A stretch of DNA of 62,850 nt, filler included, from Nitrospinae bacterium RIFCSPLOWO2_12_FULL_45_22 (GTDB lineage Bacteria; 2-12-FULL-45-22): assembly GCA_001803565.1 (NCBI GenBank). It is 7 parts of 7 records of this genome, joined end to end, with 100 filler letters (N's around TTAATTAATTAA, not from the genome) between each part and the next. Parts side by side here need not be neighbours in the genome. Positions count along the whole stretch, not along the records: positions 37,384 to 50,518 come from MHDQ01000181.1; positions 50,619 to 55,802 come from MHDQ01000182.1; positions 55,903 to 62,850 come from MHDQ01000183.1; 4 more parts are not named here. The stretch is one strand, 5' to 3'. Shown here in pieces: positions 47,036 through 58,900 of this stretch. The notes under the pieces are model-generated. The model was given only the letters and a program-made list of their open reading frames with translations. It was not told where the DNA came from and searched no databases. The first letter of the stretch is position 1. Every line of letters begins with the position of its first letter. A program made the position numbers and the translations under genes.

Positions 47036-49885
47036 TTATTTCGTAGGGGCCAGGTTAGGGTTCAGGCGGAGGGCCTGCTGGTATGCCTGAGCGGCTTCCT
47101 GTCTCCAGCCTTTAGCAAAAAAGGCATCTGCCAACAAATAGTATACTTCAGCCAGATCAGGCTGTAGCTCCAGGATAGATTTGTATAAGGCGATAGCCTC
47201 ATCGGGCATCCCCTTAGCTAGATGCTCCTCACCCCAGCTAAGGGCCAGGTCAGTTAAGGCATAACCTGCTTCGGCATCCATAGGATTAAGGCTGAGGCCC
47301 TTTTTTAGTTCTTGTAAGGCAAGATTCCCCTGGCCAGCCAGCATGGCCCGAATTCCATTGGCAATGTATAACCTGGCCTGATAGACCCCCCTGAGGGCCT
47401 TTTCTCGTCCCTCTCGATCTGCGCCCCAATTATGTATTAGAGGCAGGATGGGCTTTCGGTGCGGTGCGAGCCCTTCCAGGAGCTTATCGGTCTGGATGGG
47501 CCGATACAGGTCTTGCGAGGCGCGGTATTCGATCAGATTATTATTGTCAGTATGGATAGGGGCATCATGGGCATATAAGGCCGCTTCTGTGCCATCCATC
47601 ACAAAAATCCCTAAGATATTATACATATTAGCTTTACCAATCCGGGCCAGATCAGCCTGGACTTTGGCCTGGGCCAGGCTATGCTCCAGCCGCGGGAGGT
47701 CTATCTTTAGGGCCTGCTGGCTGCCTATGAGGAGATAATCACCACCAGTAGAGATTTCCCAGAGGGAAGAGTAGGGGAAGGCCTGGCTAAAGGTCTTGAG
47801 GAGGGAGCGGAAGCTCCTGGCTGAGAGGTTATATGCCTGCACCCATTGGCAGATAAGGCCATTATCGTTTAACCTTTTCTTTACTAACGTATAATAATCC
47901 CGGGAGAAAAGGCTCCCCATCCCTGCAATCCAGAGGTTGGAGGGTTCTGAGATGATTACATCGTACCTTTTTTCCCTTAGCAGGAGGTGATTGCGGCCAT
48001 CACCTATTATGAGGTTGAGGCGGGGGTCGGCTAAGGCATTATGGGTAAAATTTTGAAAGAACCTGGCCGCCTCTACTACTTCCGGCGATATCTCCACGGT
48101 ATCAATCTCTTTAACCGGGTACTGCTCGATAGAACCCAGGGTAAGACCGCTACCCAGGCCAATCAGCAGGACCTGTGCCGGGTGGGGATGAAATAGCAAG
48201 GGTAAGTGGGCAGTTAGAATCTGAGTGGGCATATCCCGGTGCCGGGTGGAGGCATCTACTTTGCCATTGATCTGGAGGGTAAGGGCCCGGTCAATAGCTC
48301 GCTCATATACCGAGACCGTGGCACTGACGCCTTCTTTGTGATAGAGGATATTCCCTTGAGATTCCATAACATCTTTGACCCCAATGGCATTATTGCCCGG
48401 GATAGGTTGATATATCTGATAATAGATATAGGGGCCGCTATTTAGAATATACCGGTTCCACTGGGGGGTATACCAGAGCAATAGGGGGGTCAGGATCAGA
48501 CCAAAACCTAACCTTACCGCCTTTCCCAAACTATAGTAACCGGGGTTTATCAGGATAATCAATAACCCCGGTAAGATATTCATTAGGGCGGCGGCGATAA
48601 TAGTCTTCTGGAGTCCTAACCATGGTATCAGGATAAAGCCACCACAAAAGGCCCCCAGGATAGACCCCAGGGTATTGATAGCATAGACCCTCCCTATGGA
48701 AGGGGTGACTTTTTCCAGGCTCTGGGTATATATCTTGGTTATTAAAGGGAAAGTTATACCTATGAGGAAGGTAGGTATTAGGATCAGTAGGAATATAAAG
48801 CTAAATTCGATCCCCTGGAGGAGATAGAAACTCTGACCATAATTTTGCAGCACTTTTACTATGAAGATAGACAATTGCTGGAAGAGGGGGATCAGCAACA
48901 GGGCGGCGAACCCAATAGCTAACTGGAGCTGACCAAACAGACCCAGCAGGTCTGCCCGCTTATCCAGGTAGCGGGCCAGGAAGAGGCTGCCCAGGGCTAA
49001 GCCAGTAATAAAGGCGGTCAATATAAGGGTGAAGGCATAATGGGAAGAGCCAATAGCTAAAGATAATACCCTGGTCCAGGCCACCTGGTAGGTCATAGAA
49101 GCAAAACCTGAAGCAGCTAAAGACCATACCGCTATCTCAGCTAAGATATAAGGGAGGGGTTTAGGGCCAACCAGTTGGGCCTTGGTTTTGGCTTTAACCC
49201 CAGCCCGGGGTAAGGATTTAGGTGGCAGTAGAGGCGAAGGTGCAAGGGCCGGGGGGCTGCGGCGGGCTAGCAGAATGACTGCGGTGGCAATAGCCAGATT
49301 AATAAAGGCCGCCAGATATATAGTAGACCTCATCCCTAAATAAGGGAGCAGGATAAACCCACTAAGTGCAGAACCTAAAGCCGCACCAAAGGTATTCAGG
49401 GAATAAATCTTGCCAATGCTCCAGCCCAGATGGGGAAACTGGTCAACAAAATATTTGCTTAAGACCGGTAAAGTAGCGCCCATAAGGGCAGTGGGGATCA
49501 GCAGGATAAGGCTGCAGATGGAGAAGCGGAGCAGGCTGAAGAGATAGAAGGAGGTAGTCAACTCATTATATATAAGCTGATAAAGAGGGATCACGAGCTG
49601 CAGTAACCCGGGTATTAATAGGCAATAGAGACCGATTCCCCCTTCTAAAATCCCGTAAACCTTTACGGGATGAAAAGACCTGGTCATGAGCCGGCCAGCG
49701 CCATAACTGCCAATAGCTAAGCCAGCCATAAAGGCAGTTAAGACCGTGGTGACGGAGAATACCGTGTTACCGATAACCAGGGTCAGGAGCCGGGTCCAGA
49801 CCACCTCATAAATCAGGCCACAAGCCCCGGATAAAAAGAAAAATACCAGGATCAGCCCCTTATACTCTCTATCCCTTTGCGTCAT
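47036..49885 (-). CDS. Fused MFS-like membrane domain / spermidine synthase-like protein with C-terminal TPRs
   Basis: FFLSGACGLIYEVVW, PTALMGATLP, INGKVDAS, LIGLGSG, DGRNHL and YDVIISEPSN; TPR-like end. Confidence 0.88.
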   Translation of the reverse strand: MTQRDREYKGLILVFFFLSGACGLIYEVVWTRLLTLVIGNTVFSVTTVLTAFMAGLAIGSYGAGRLMTRSFHPVKVYGILEGGIGLYCLLIPGLLQLVIPLYQLIYNELTTSFYLFSLLRFSICSLILLIPTALMGATLPVLSKYFVDQFPHLGWSIGKIYSLNTFGAALGSALSGFILLPYLGMRSTIYLAAFINLAIATAVILLARRSPPALAPSPLLPPKSLPRAGVKAKTKAQLVGPKPLPYILAEIAVWSLAASGFASMTYQVAWTRVLSLAIGSSHYAFTLILTAFITGLALGSLFLARYLDKRADLLGLFGQLQLAIGFAALLLIPLFQQLSIFIVKVLQNYGQSFYLLQGIEFSFIFLLILIPTFLIGITFPLITKIYTQSLEKVTPSIGRVYAINTLGSILGAFCGGFILIPWLGLQKTIIAAALMNILPGLLIILINPGYYSLGKAVRLGFGLILTPLLLWYTPQWNRYILNSGPYIYYQIYQPIPGNNAIGVKDVMESQGNILYHKEGVSATVSVYERAIDRALTLQINGKVDASTRHRDMPTQILTAHLPLLFHPHPAQVLLIGLGSGLTLGSIEQYPVKEIDTVEISPEVVEAARFFQNFTHNALADPRLNLIIGDGRNHLLLREKRYDVIISEPSNLWIAGMGSLFSRDYYTLVKKRLNDNGLICQWVQAYNLSARSFRSLLKTFSQAFPYSSLWEISTGGDYLLIGSQQALKIDLPRLEHSLAQAKVQADLARIGKANMYNILGIFVMDGTEAALYAHDAPIHTDNNNLIEYRASQDLYRPIQTDKLLEGLAPHRKPILPLIHNWGADREGREKALRGVYQARLYIANGIRAMLAGQGNLALQELKKGLSLNPMDAEAGYALTDLALSWGEEHLAKGMPDEAIALYKSILELQPDLAEVYYLLADAFFAKGWRQEAAQAYQQALRLNPNLAPTK

Positions 49886-49905
49886 AAGTTAACCGAAATG
49901 GTCAC

Positions 49906-50048
49906 GTAACAGTTCACGGGGGTCAGGGATCGGTTGTCAGGCAATCTTTTCCTCAAAGACATCTTTCGCGCAATCTCCAGATATTGATGACCATTCAAAA
50001 TTTAAAGTATTCCCTGAGCCCTGTGAACTGAACCCCGTGAACTGTTAC
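49906..50048. mobile_element. MITE-like element with GTAACAGTTCACGGGG terminal inverted repeats
   Basis: GTAACAGTTCACGGGG ... CCCCGTGAACTGTTAC; related single arms near 12841 and 41090-41113. Confidence 0.65.
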
Positions 50049-50618
50049 AATGTAACTATCCAGCCACAGAGTCACACAGGATGAATCTTTTCGATCATCT
50101 GTCTTCTTCTCTGTGCCTTTGTGTCTCGGTGGCAAATTAATAACTATTATGCTGAGGAATATAGCAAAGGATCAGATTGAGGTCAAGCCAGGATAAACCT
50201 GGACGTACAGGTTAACCGTTAGTGGACGTAGAGACAGATTAAATAGCGGGACTGATGCCCTTATATGCGGACGGAAAATAAGCTTGACAATATGAGGGGG
50301 TAATGGTACAAATTTCTCTTTAATCCCTCAGATTAAAAAATAGTGTAAGCATTCAGCTATCAGCCGTCAGCTTTCAGTATTATCCGTCACCACTTACGAT
50401 AAGCTTTGCTGAACGCTTACATCCTGTTAAGCCTGTCTAAAAGTACTGATTAATATTAAGGAGGGGGTTGTAGTAAGGGGCTGTCAGTTCTCTAAAAACC
50501 TGGATCAAGAATAGGTCTNNNNNNNNNNNNNNNNNNNNNNNNNNNNNNNNNNNNNNNNNNNNTTAATTAATTAANNNNNNNNNNNNNNNNNNNNNNNNNN
50601 NNNNNNNNNNNNNNNNNN

Positions 50619-51884
50619 GAATAACTTGGTAAATAGTGCATAAGCTAACGAAAAGCCCGCCAAGGCCCCAGCCGTGATAGACAACTCTACCCAGGTAGGG
50701 GCATAACCACCCCACATATAGGGGAGACGCTGGCGGGCCAGGGAAGGCACTATAATCAGGAACCTCTCTAAAAACATGCCTACATTAATAATTAATGATA
50801 GGGCAAAGATAGCCCCAATATTGTTCCTAACCCGCTTAAAGGCTAATAAGGGGACCGGTATAATAACATTACATAACATAGTGATAAGAAAGAGCGGCTC
50901 ATAATCGTGGTGCCGGTGTCGGATAACTTCCATCTCTGATGGCATACCAGCATACCAGAGAGTCAGGGCCTCGGCAAAGAAGAAATAGAACCAGAGCAGA
51001 GAGACCGCCAGCAGGAGCTTGCCCAGATTATCGAAATGGATCGGCCTAATATATTCCTCTAGCCCATAGACCTTCCGCAAAATAGCCATCAGGCTTATTA
51101 CGGCCGCTACTCCGGAAAGGATCGCCCCGACAACAAAATAGGGGGCAAAGATAGTACTGTGCCAGCCCGGTACTACCGTCATGCCAAAATCCCATGAGAC
51201 AATACTATGAACCGATATAAATACTGGTATGATAAGGACTGTCAGGAGGGCACATGCCTTCCTCAGCCGTTGCCACTCCATCTCACTACCGCGCCAACCC
51301 AGAGCCAGGATACTATAAAACTTGTGCCGCCAACCCCGGGTATTATCACGGGCCAAAGCCAGATCAGGAATCATGGCCACATAAAGGAAGAGGGAGCTGC
51401 CGGTAAGATAAGTAAATATAGCCGTCATATCCCATAGCAGTGGAGAACGAAAATTGGGCCAAATAGCCCGCTCGCTCGGGTAAGGGATCAGGTAATAAAA
51501 GACCCAGCTCCTACCTAAATGTATTATAGGAAACATGCCCGCTACTATAAGTGAGAATGTAGTCATAGTCTCGGCTGCGCGGGTAATGGGCCTGCGCCAA
51601 TCTGCTTGTAAGAGCCGCAGTATAGCAGAGATCAAAGTACCGGCATGGCTAATGCCCACCCAGAAGACAAAATTGACGATATAAATACCCCACATGACCG
51701 GCATATTAATCCCGGCTACACCCATACCAGTCCGGAGTTGATAGCCCCAGGCTAGTAAGCCATTCAGCACTATCAGCCCCAGGACCACTACTAGCAGGTA
51801 AAAGGGCCAGCGGGATACTAAGAGGGGTCGGAGGATATCCTGATTAATCTGGGTATCCGGTACCCACCCTTTTTCTTGAGACAA
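50619..51884 (-). CDS. actC: NrfD/PsrC-family membrane subunit, ActC-like, 3'-truncated
   Basis: WGIYIVNFVFWVGISHAGTLISA, HLGR, RSPLLWD, VHSIVSWDF and PGWHSTIFAPYFV. Confidence 0.85.
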
Positions 51885-52003
51885 GTTTTACCACCCTCCT
51901 TAAAACTAGCTTAAGTGTTCAGCCACAGAGACACTGAGTCACAGAGAAATTGGTCATCTCAGTGTCTCTGTGGCAAACCTTCTCTTGCCTTAATTGTTAC
52001 AAG

Positions 52004-52136
52004 CTAGTACATCGTTTCCAAAGTAACGTTACAATGCTGTCATTTCGAGCGAAGCGAGAAATCTTTGTGCTAAAAGGGTTAGAAATATCTCTCCCTTCGG
52101 TCGAGATGACAAGTTAATAAGGAAACGCTCTACTAG
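52004..52136. mobile_element. CTAG-bounded MITE, second copy
   Basis: CTAGTACATCGTTTCC ... GGAAACGCTCTACTAG with a GTCATTTCGA hairpin; its right CTAG overlaps the stop codon of the Fe-S gene. Confidence 0.7.
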
Positions 52137-52822
52137 GTACCTACTCTTTTTAAATAGTAAACTACTGGCTCAGTCCCTAATTCTTCTAATAGGCGGAATC
52201 TACGTTGGCCTTTGATAAGTTGTGCTACCTCGCTCTGGGGATCATTCAGGTTGCCAAAGATCAAGGCCCGGGGTGGGCAGGTCTGGACACAGGCAGGCTG
52301 AGCCTCACCATCCCTCACCTGCCTCCCTTCATCTTTAGCCCTATCTTTAGCTTCCCGTATCCGCTGGATGCAGAAGGTACATTTTTCCATCACACCCCTG
52401 CCCCGGACACTTAGGTCGGGATTGAGCTGGTTTTGCAAAGGTTCATCCCAGTAGGGAGAGAACCAGTTAAAGAACCGGACTTTATACGGGCAGTTATTAG
52501 CACAATAGCGCGTCCCTACGCAGCGGTTATATATTTGGGTATTAAGCCCTTCAGGGTTATGATAAGTAGCAAATACCGGGCATACCGGCTCGCACGGGGC
52601 ATGCTGGCAATTCTGGCACAGGATAGGGATAAATTTTATCTTAAAATCAGGATACTCGCCTTCCCAGTAGCGTTCCACCCGGATCCAGTTAAAGGACCTC
52701 CCCTCAGCACAGCGATCCTGTCCTACAACCGGTATATTATTTTCTGCATGACAGGCTATTACACAAGCCTCACAGCCCGTACAGCGGTCCAGATCAATAA
52801 CCATTCCCCAAAAATAACTCAT
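52133..52822 (-). CDS. 4Fe-4S dicluster protein (ActB2/QrcC/NrfC-like)
   Basis: CTGCEACVIAC, CQNCQHAPCEPVCP, CVGTRYCANNCPY and EKCTFC...PACVQTCP. Confidence 0.92.
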   Translation of the reverse strand: MSYFWGMVIDLDRCTGCEACVIACHAENNIPVVGQDRCAEGRSFNWIRVERYWEGEYPDFKIKFIPILCQNCQHAPCEPVCPVFATYHNPEGLNTQIYNRCVGTRYCANNCPYKVRFFNWFSPYWDEPLQNQLNPDLSVRGRGVMEKCTFCIQRIREAKDRAKDEGRQVRDGEAQPACVQTCPPRALIFGNLNDPQSEVAQLIKGQRRFRLLEELGTEPVVYYLKRVGT

Positions 52823-52823
52823 A

Positions 52824-55058
52824 TCAAAAGAGCTCCCATAATAGCCTTGGATAACCCGCTAGCTTTACTAATCTCACTTCCTCCCCGACCGCCTTATATA
52901 ACTTTACCCGGGTAGCTGCCCAGGCCCAGGCGCCAGTCCGGGACTCAGTCAAGGGGGCCAGGATCTTTAAGGGATTAGCACCCCTATTCTGGGCATAACG
53001 TCCATAGAGGGTATGGCCCTGTCCGGCAGGCATACTCACTACTTCGGGCATTATCCCTGGATAAATTAAGGCTGGTACCAGTGCCCTACCGTGGGGAGAC
53101 TCAACCCATACCGGAGCCCCTTCCGTAATACCTAATTTGCGGGCAGTCTCTGGATTAATCTCTACCCAGGAACCCCACACTACCGTTGTTATCGGGTCGG
53201 GTAGCTCTTGTAACCAGGGCTGATTAGCTCCCTGGCCTTCAGTAAAGGCTACAGAGGGATTAATATGGAGATGATAGGGATATTCCTCTGGTCTGGCTCC
53301 ATATTCAGGTAATTCCAATGGTAGGATAGGCGCTTCTTGCTTACCTTTCTTGCCTTTTGCAGTAGGGGGAGGCGGCGCCGGGGTATAACTGTCCCACCAG
53401 TAGCCCACCTGTAAAAGGGTAGACCAGAACTCTTCAAAATCCTCTTCTTGAATAGAACCCCGCTTAGATTGCTGAATGATGCGCCAGCGCTCTTTTAGGA
53501 GCTCGGCATAGCCTTTCCAGGGTAGGGCTTCAGCTAATTCTCCTCCCAGTTCTTTCGCTAACCCTAACAGGACATTGGCCGTGGCCCGGGTGTCAAATAC
53601 CGGATTAACTACCGGCTGCATAATCCCGGCTAAAAAGATATCCAGTCCGGGCTCAGGGACATCGTCTCCCCAACGCTCTAAATAGGTATGCTCCGGCAGG
53701 ATCAGGTCCGCCAGGCTGGTGGTATCATCCATAAAGCTACCGAAACTGACAATAAAAGGGACTTTCTCTATAGCCTTCTGAAAACCGCTAACTTCGGGTA
53801 AGGTAAAGACTGGATTGGTATCATAAAGCATAAGGAGCTTTACCTCTCCAGCCCGCATAGTGTTGACGAAAGTAGTCATCCTCCCTGCCTGTGCCTTGGC
53901 AGACAGGTCAGGGGATGGTCTATTTGTAGGTGGCAGCTCGCTAAAAGGCGATGGTGGGGGAAATTTTATCTTACTCCCTACCAGTATATTTAAGGTATTA
54001 ATAGCCACCAGGTTAAATACCCCATTGGTGGTAGCCCCAGCCGTTCCACCCCCGAGAGCGAGGCTCGGTCCCCGGGTAGCGAACTCTCGGGCAACCCGTA
54101 TAATCTTGTCGGCTGATACCCCGGTTAGCTCAGCCACCTTCTTCGGCGCATATTCTTTAAGGGCTTCTTCCCAGGCTAGGGGGTTATCAATCTGGCCTTT
54201 GTAGAGCCCTTCTTTCAGGATTATATGGGCTAGCCCCAGGGCCAATATGCCTTCATAGCCTGGTTTAATAGGGATCCATTCATCGGCATTAGCGGCGGTC
54301 ATAGATAATCGGGGTTCTACCTGGATAAACTTTCCGCGCTGGCCTGGCCGGCCCTGACGCATCTGGCCATAGCCCACCCCGTAACGGACTGGTGAGAGCC
54401 AGGTCTCTAAAAAATTAGCGCTGAAAGACAGGAGATAATTGATATCCGCCAGGTCATAAGCTGGTATAGCCTCTTCCCCAAAAATCATTGCATTAGCTCT
54501 TATTAATGGATCAGGGCTGAAGGGTTCATAGGATAGATAATTATGGGAACCAAATAGCATCAGGAACTTCTCCACCAGCCAGGCAAAATTACCTCTCAAT
54601 AGCCTGCTTATGAACCATAGGCCCTGTTCTTCTCCCTTGTCTTTCAATTCCCGGAGTTTATCGGCCAACAGCTTTAATCCCTCAGCCCAGCTTATCTTCT
54701 CATAAGCCCCACTACCCCGGCGGCCCGTGAGCTTTAACGGCCCCCGAATACGATCAGGATTATATAAGACCTGGAGGCCCGCCTGGCCCCGGGCACAGAC
54801 TTTACCCCGATTCAAGGGATAGAGGGGGTTCCCTTCGATCTTCTTTGCCCGGCCATCCACTACCCGCACTACGATCCCGCAGCCCGCAGGACATTGCTGG
54901 CAGATGCTGGCATACCATTGCCCTAGCCCAGGGATAACCTGGAATGGGGTTTCTGGGTAGGCATGCAGATATTCTGTTGGTTTCCCCTGGCCGCAATTGG
55001 TCAACAAGCTACCAGTAGCAACCAGCCCACTTAATTTTAAGAATTCCCTTCGATCCAT
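52824..55058 (-). CDS. Molybdopterin oxidoreductase-fold subunit (ActB1/QrcB-like), Tat-exported
   Basis: MDRREFLK twin-arginine signal; CQQCPAGCG...CARG; MTAANADEW; DDTTSLADLILP; NQPWLQELPDP. Confidence 0.88.
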   Translation of the reverse strand: MDRREFLKLSGLVATGSLLTNCGQGKPTEYLHAYPETPFQVIPGLGQWYASICQQCPAGCGIVVRVVDGRAKKIEGNPLYPLNRGKVCARGQAGLQVLYNPDRIRGPLKLTGRRGSGAYEKISWAEGLKLLADKLRELKDKGEEQGLWFISRLLRGNFAWLVEKFLMLFGSHNYLSYEPFSPDPLIRANAMIFGEEAIPAYDLADINYLLSFSANFLETWLSPVRYGVGYGQMRQGRPGQRGKFIQVEPRLSMTAANADEWIPIKPGYEGILALGLAHIILKEGLYKGQIDNPLAWEEALKEYAPKKVAELTGVSADKIIRVAREFATRGPSLALGGGTAGATTNGVFNLVAINTLNILVGSKIKFPPPSPFSELPPTNRPSPDLSAKAQAGRMTTFVNTMRAGEVKLLMLYDTNPVFTLPEVSGFQKAIEKVPFIVSFGSFMDDTTSLADLILPEHTYLERWGDDVPEPGLDIFLAGIMQPVVNPVFDTRATANVLLGLAKELGGELAEALPWKGYAELLKERWRIIQQSKRGSIQEEDFEEFWSTLLQVGYWWDSYTPAPPPPTAKGKKGKQEAPILPLELPEYGARPEEYPYHLHINPSVAFTEGQGANQPWLQELPDPITTVVWGSWVEINPETARKLGITEGAPVWVESPHGRALVPALIYPGIMPEVVSMPAGQGHTLYGRYAQNRGANPLKILAPLTESRTGAWAWAATRVKLYKAVGEEVRLVKLAGYPRLLWELF

Positions 55059-55283
55059 AACCGTTCACCCGATTGATCTTTCTCTGCCACTAAGGCACGA
55101 AGACACCAAGGAAACGTAAAACGCAAAGCTAAAAGTGCAAAGCTGGAGAAAAGAATACAGAATACAAAGAAAAGAGAGTAACTCCAACCCCTGTATTCTG
55201 TATCCTTAATTTTACACTTTGCATTTTAAGCTTTAAGCTTTGAGCTTCTTAGTGACTTAGTGCCTTGGTGGCTAAACGGTTGC
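55058..55283. mobile_element. MITE-like element of the same family as 4126-4280
   Basis: TAACCGTTCACCCG..TCTCTGCCACTAAGGCAC left arm and TTAGTGACTTAGTGCCTTGGTGGCTAAACGGTT right arm; fills the whole intergenic space. Confidence 0.7.
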
Positions 55284-55286
55284 TTC

Positions 55287-55796
55287 TTACTTATGGCAGG
55301 TCCAGCAGTCTATACTGACTTTTCTCTGCCTATGGCACTCCAGACACTTGCCCATCTCAGGATTTAATGGTTGATACATACGATCCATCTGCTCTACCGC
55401 ACCATGGCAAATAGCACAATCTATCCCGGCACGGATATGGCGTTTATGGTTAAAATAGACATGGTCAGGCAAATCGGTTACTTTTATCCAACCAATAGAC
55501 TCCTTCTTGGCCCAATAATCTAAGAGCTTCTTTACCTCGGGATGGAAAGGTAGGACAACTATATGGCAGTTGCGGCATTTCTCCACACTGGGTATCCCGG
55601 CTATGGCAGCCTTTCTGGCGTACTGGTGGCAGTATAGACAGGGGATCTGGTTTATACCAACATGGGTCTTATGGCTAAAGGCAATGGGCTGGAGCGGCCC
55701 CTGGTGGCTGAAGACAAATAAATAGAGAAACAGGATCAGGAAAAGGAGAGCTAGTGCGCCTGATCCTGCCCCAATCAATACCATCCTCCCGCTCAT
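55287..55796 (-). CDS. actA: Membrane-anchored pentaheme cytochrome c (ActA/QrcA-like)
   Basis: N-terminal TM helix; QPIAFSHKTH; CLYCH, CRNCH, CAICH, CLECH and CWTCH; LPDHVYFNH. Confidence 0.85.
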   Translation of the reverse strand: MSGRMVLIGAGSGALALLFLILFLYLFVFSHQGPLQPIAFSHKTHVGINQIPCLYCHQYARKAAIAGIPSVEKCRNCHIVVLPFHPEVKKLLDYWAKKESIGWIKVTDLPDHVYFNHKRHIRAGIDCAICHGAVEQMDRMYQPLNPEMGKCLECHRQRKVSIDCWTCHK

Positions 55797-55904
55797 AAGA
55801 CCNNNNNNNNNNNNNNNNNNNNNNNNNNNNNNNNNNNNNNNNNNNNTTAATTAATTAANNNNNNNNNNNNNNNNNNNNNNNNNNNNNNNNNNNNNNNNNN
55901 NNTG

Positions 55905-58900
55905 GCCAAGCGCCTTAAGCAAAAACAGGTTGCTAAGGAATGCGCTGACTGGGTTCTCTCAAAGGTGGACATTCGTTCTGTTAAGCAAAGCAACCTTCTC
56001 CACGGAAAAATGTATCATATCAACCTTGGTGGTATCAACGATGCAATCATCGGCAGCTCTAATTTTACGGTAAAAGGGCTTGGCCTTGGCGAAGCAAATA
56101 ATATCGAACTAAATCTTGAAGTAAACGATAAACGAGACAGGGAAGACCTTAAGAATTGGTTTGAGGAACTCTGGAATGATAGTGAACTGGTTGAGGATGT
56201 AAAAGATGAGGTATTGCGTTATTTGGAGCAACTCTATCAGAATAATCCGCCTGAGTTTATCTACTACAAAACCCTCTTTCATATATTTGAAAGATTCCTC
56301 ACGGAACAGGATAAAGAAGGTTGGTTAGAGGAGAAGAGTCAAATAGTAGATACAGTCGTATGGAACATGCTTTATGAATTTCAGAAAGATGGGGTTAAGG
56401 GAGCGATTAACAAAATCCTGACCCATGGAGGATGTATACTCGCAGATAGTGTAGGACTCGGTAAAACCTTTGAAGCCCTGGCAGTTATCAAATATTTTGA
56501 GCTGCGCAACCACAGGGTCCTGATTTTATGCCCGAAAAAGCTTCGGGAAAATTGGACAGTTTACCAGGCGCAAAATGTGAGTGATCTAAACCCCTTACTT
56601 AATGACCGCTTCAGCTATACGGTTCTTTCTCATACTGATCTAAGCCGGGATCAGGGGAAGTCCGGCGACATCAACCTTGCTACAATCAACTGGGGGAATT
56701 TTGATCTTGTGGTTATTGACGAATCTCATAATTTCCGTAACAACACCCCTGGCAAAAAAGATGAGGAAGGCACTCTTGTACGCAAGAGCCGTTATCAACG
56801 GTTAATGGAAGATATTATCCAGAAAGGTGTAAAAACCAAGGTCCTCCTCCTTTCTGCCACACCCGTGAATAACACCCTCCAGGATTTGCGCAATCAGATC
56901 TATTTCATAACAGAAAACGAAGACGATGCATTTGCTGCATCCCTGGGCATAGCAAGCCTCAAAGATACGCTTGCCGCCGCCCAGCGCGTTTTTACCCGAT
57001 GGGCGGATAATAGGGAAAAACGACATACCAGGGACCTGTTAGATAGACTGAGCGCAGCCTTTTTCAAGCTGTTGGATGAATTAACTATTGCCCGTTCCCG
57101 CAAACATCTTCAGAGGTATTATCAGAAAAGTATCCATGAGTTAGGCCAGTTTCCCAAAAGGCTCAAACCCATATCATTATCCCCGAATATAGACACGGAA
57201 GGCAAATTCCCTTCCTACGACGAGCTGAATGATGAAATCTCAAACTATCAACTTTCTTTGTTTAACCCCTTCAAATATGTGTTGCCAAAACACAAAGATA
57301 TTTACGAAGACAGGAGCATCCCGCATTTCAGCCAGCAGGATCGTGAGAATTACCTCATCGCCATGATGAGGGTAAATTTTCTCAAGCGTCTGGAAAGCTC
57401 CGTGTATTCATTTACGTTAACCATGAAACGAACAATAGATAAGATTGAGGACCTTGAAGACCGTATAGGACGATTCCAGAAACTCAAAGAAGAACGCCCG
57501 GACTTTACTGTAGACGATTTCAGTGACATTGATCCAGAAGATGAAGACCTGCAGGCCGCATTCGTAGGCAAGAAGCTCAAATTTAGCCTTGAACACATTG
57601 ATATTGACCGATGGAAACGCGATCTTAAACAGGATAAAGAGCAGCTACAAATCTTGTATCTTGTTGCCAAAGACATAACAAAAGTACGCGATGCCAAACT
57701 CATGGAATTGAAAGACCTCATCGCCCACAAGGTCCGGCACCCAACCCGAACCAAAGATGGTAAAGAGAATCGTAAGGTCCTGATCTTTACTGCCTTTGCC
57801 GATACCGCCGAATATCTATTCGATGCACTTAGGGAATGGATTACAACTGATCTCGGCCTTCATGTGGCCATGGTCTCGGGCGGAGCAAAAGAGAACCAGA
57901 CAACTTTCGGAAGAAAAGATTTCATTCATATCCTGACCCACTTTTCACCGGTTTCAAAAAGCCGCGCTAAAATCTCTTCTCTCCCACAGGACAGGGAGAT
58001 TGAGATACTTATTGCCACAGATTGTATCTCCGAAGGCCAGAATCTCCAGGACTGTGACTATCTTATCAACTATGATATCCATTGGAATCCCGTTCGTATT
58101 ATCCAGCGGTTCGGCAGGATTGACAGAATCGGCAGCATTAATGATGAGATTCAGATGGTAAATTTCTGGCCGACAGACAATTTAGACAATTACATCAGGC
58201 TCAAAACCAGAGTCGAGGCCCGGATGGCCCTGGTGGACATTACGGCCACCGGAGAAGACAACCTCCTGGATCGTGTCAAGGACCTGGTTGAAGATGAATT
58301 AACCTATCGTGACAAACAGCTCCTTCGCCTCAGAGAAGAGGTGCTTGATCTTGAAGATTTTAATGAAAATGTGTCCCTTAACGAATTTACCTTAGATGAT
58401 TTTCGGATCGATTTGATGAGGTATATCGAAAACAATAGAAAGCGGCTTGAGGAGGCGCCTTTAGGGCTTTATGCCGTTGTGCCGGCACATCCTGATTACC
58501 CGGTCATTCGCCCTGGTGTTATATTTTGTCTCCAACAAAAAGGGGATAGTTCAGGTAACGAAAAGGTCAATCCCTTGCAGCCCTATTTTCTCGTCTATCT
58601 CTATGATAATGACCGGGTCATCCGTTATAATTTTGCCCAGCCCAAACAGATACTGGAAATACTGCGTATGCTTTGCGCAGAAAAGACCACCCCTTATGAA
58701 AAACTTTGCAATCTATTTGACCAGCATACGAAAAACGGCGAGGACATGAGCCAGTATGACGGCCTTCTAAATGCCGCTGTAAAGGCCATCGCCGGAAGCT
58801 TTAAGAAACGCACTCTAGGAAATCTGCTTTCAGGCCGCGACGGTGTGTTGGCTGAGCGGGAAAAACAGGTGACATCATCCGATGATTTTGAACTCGTGAC

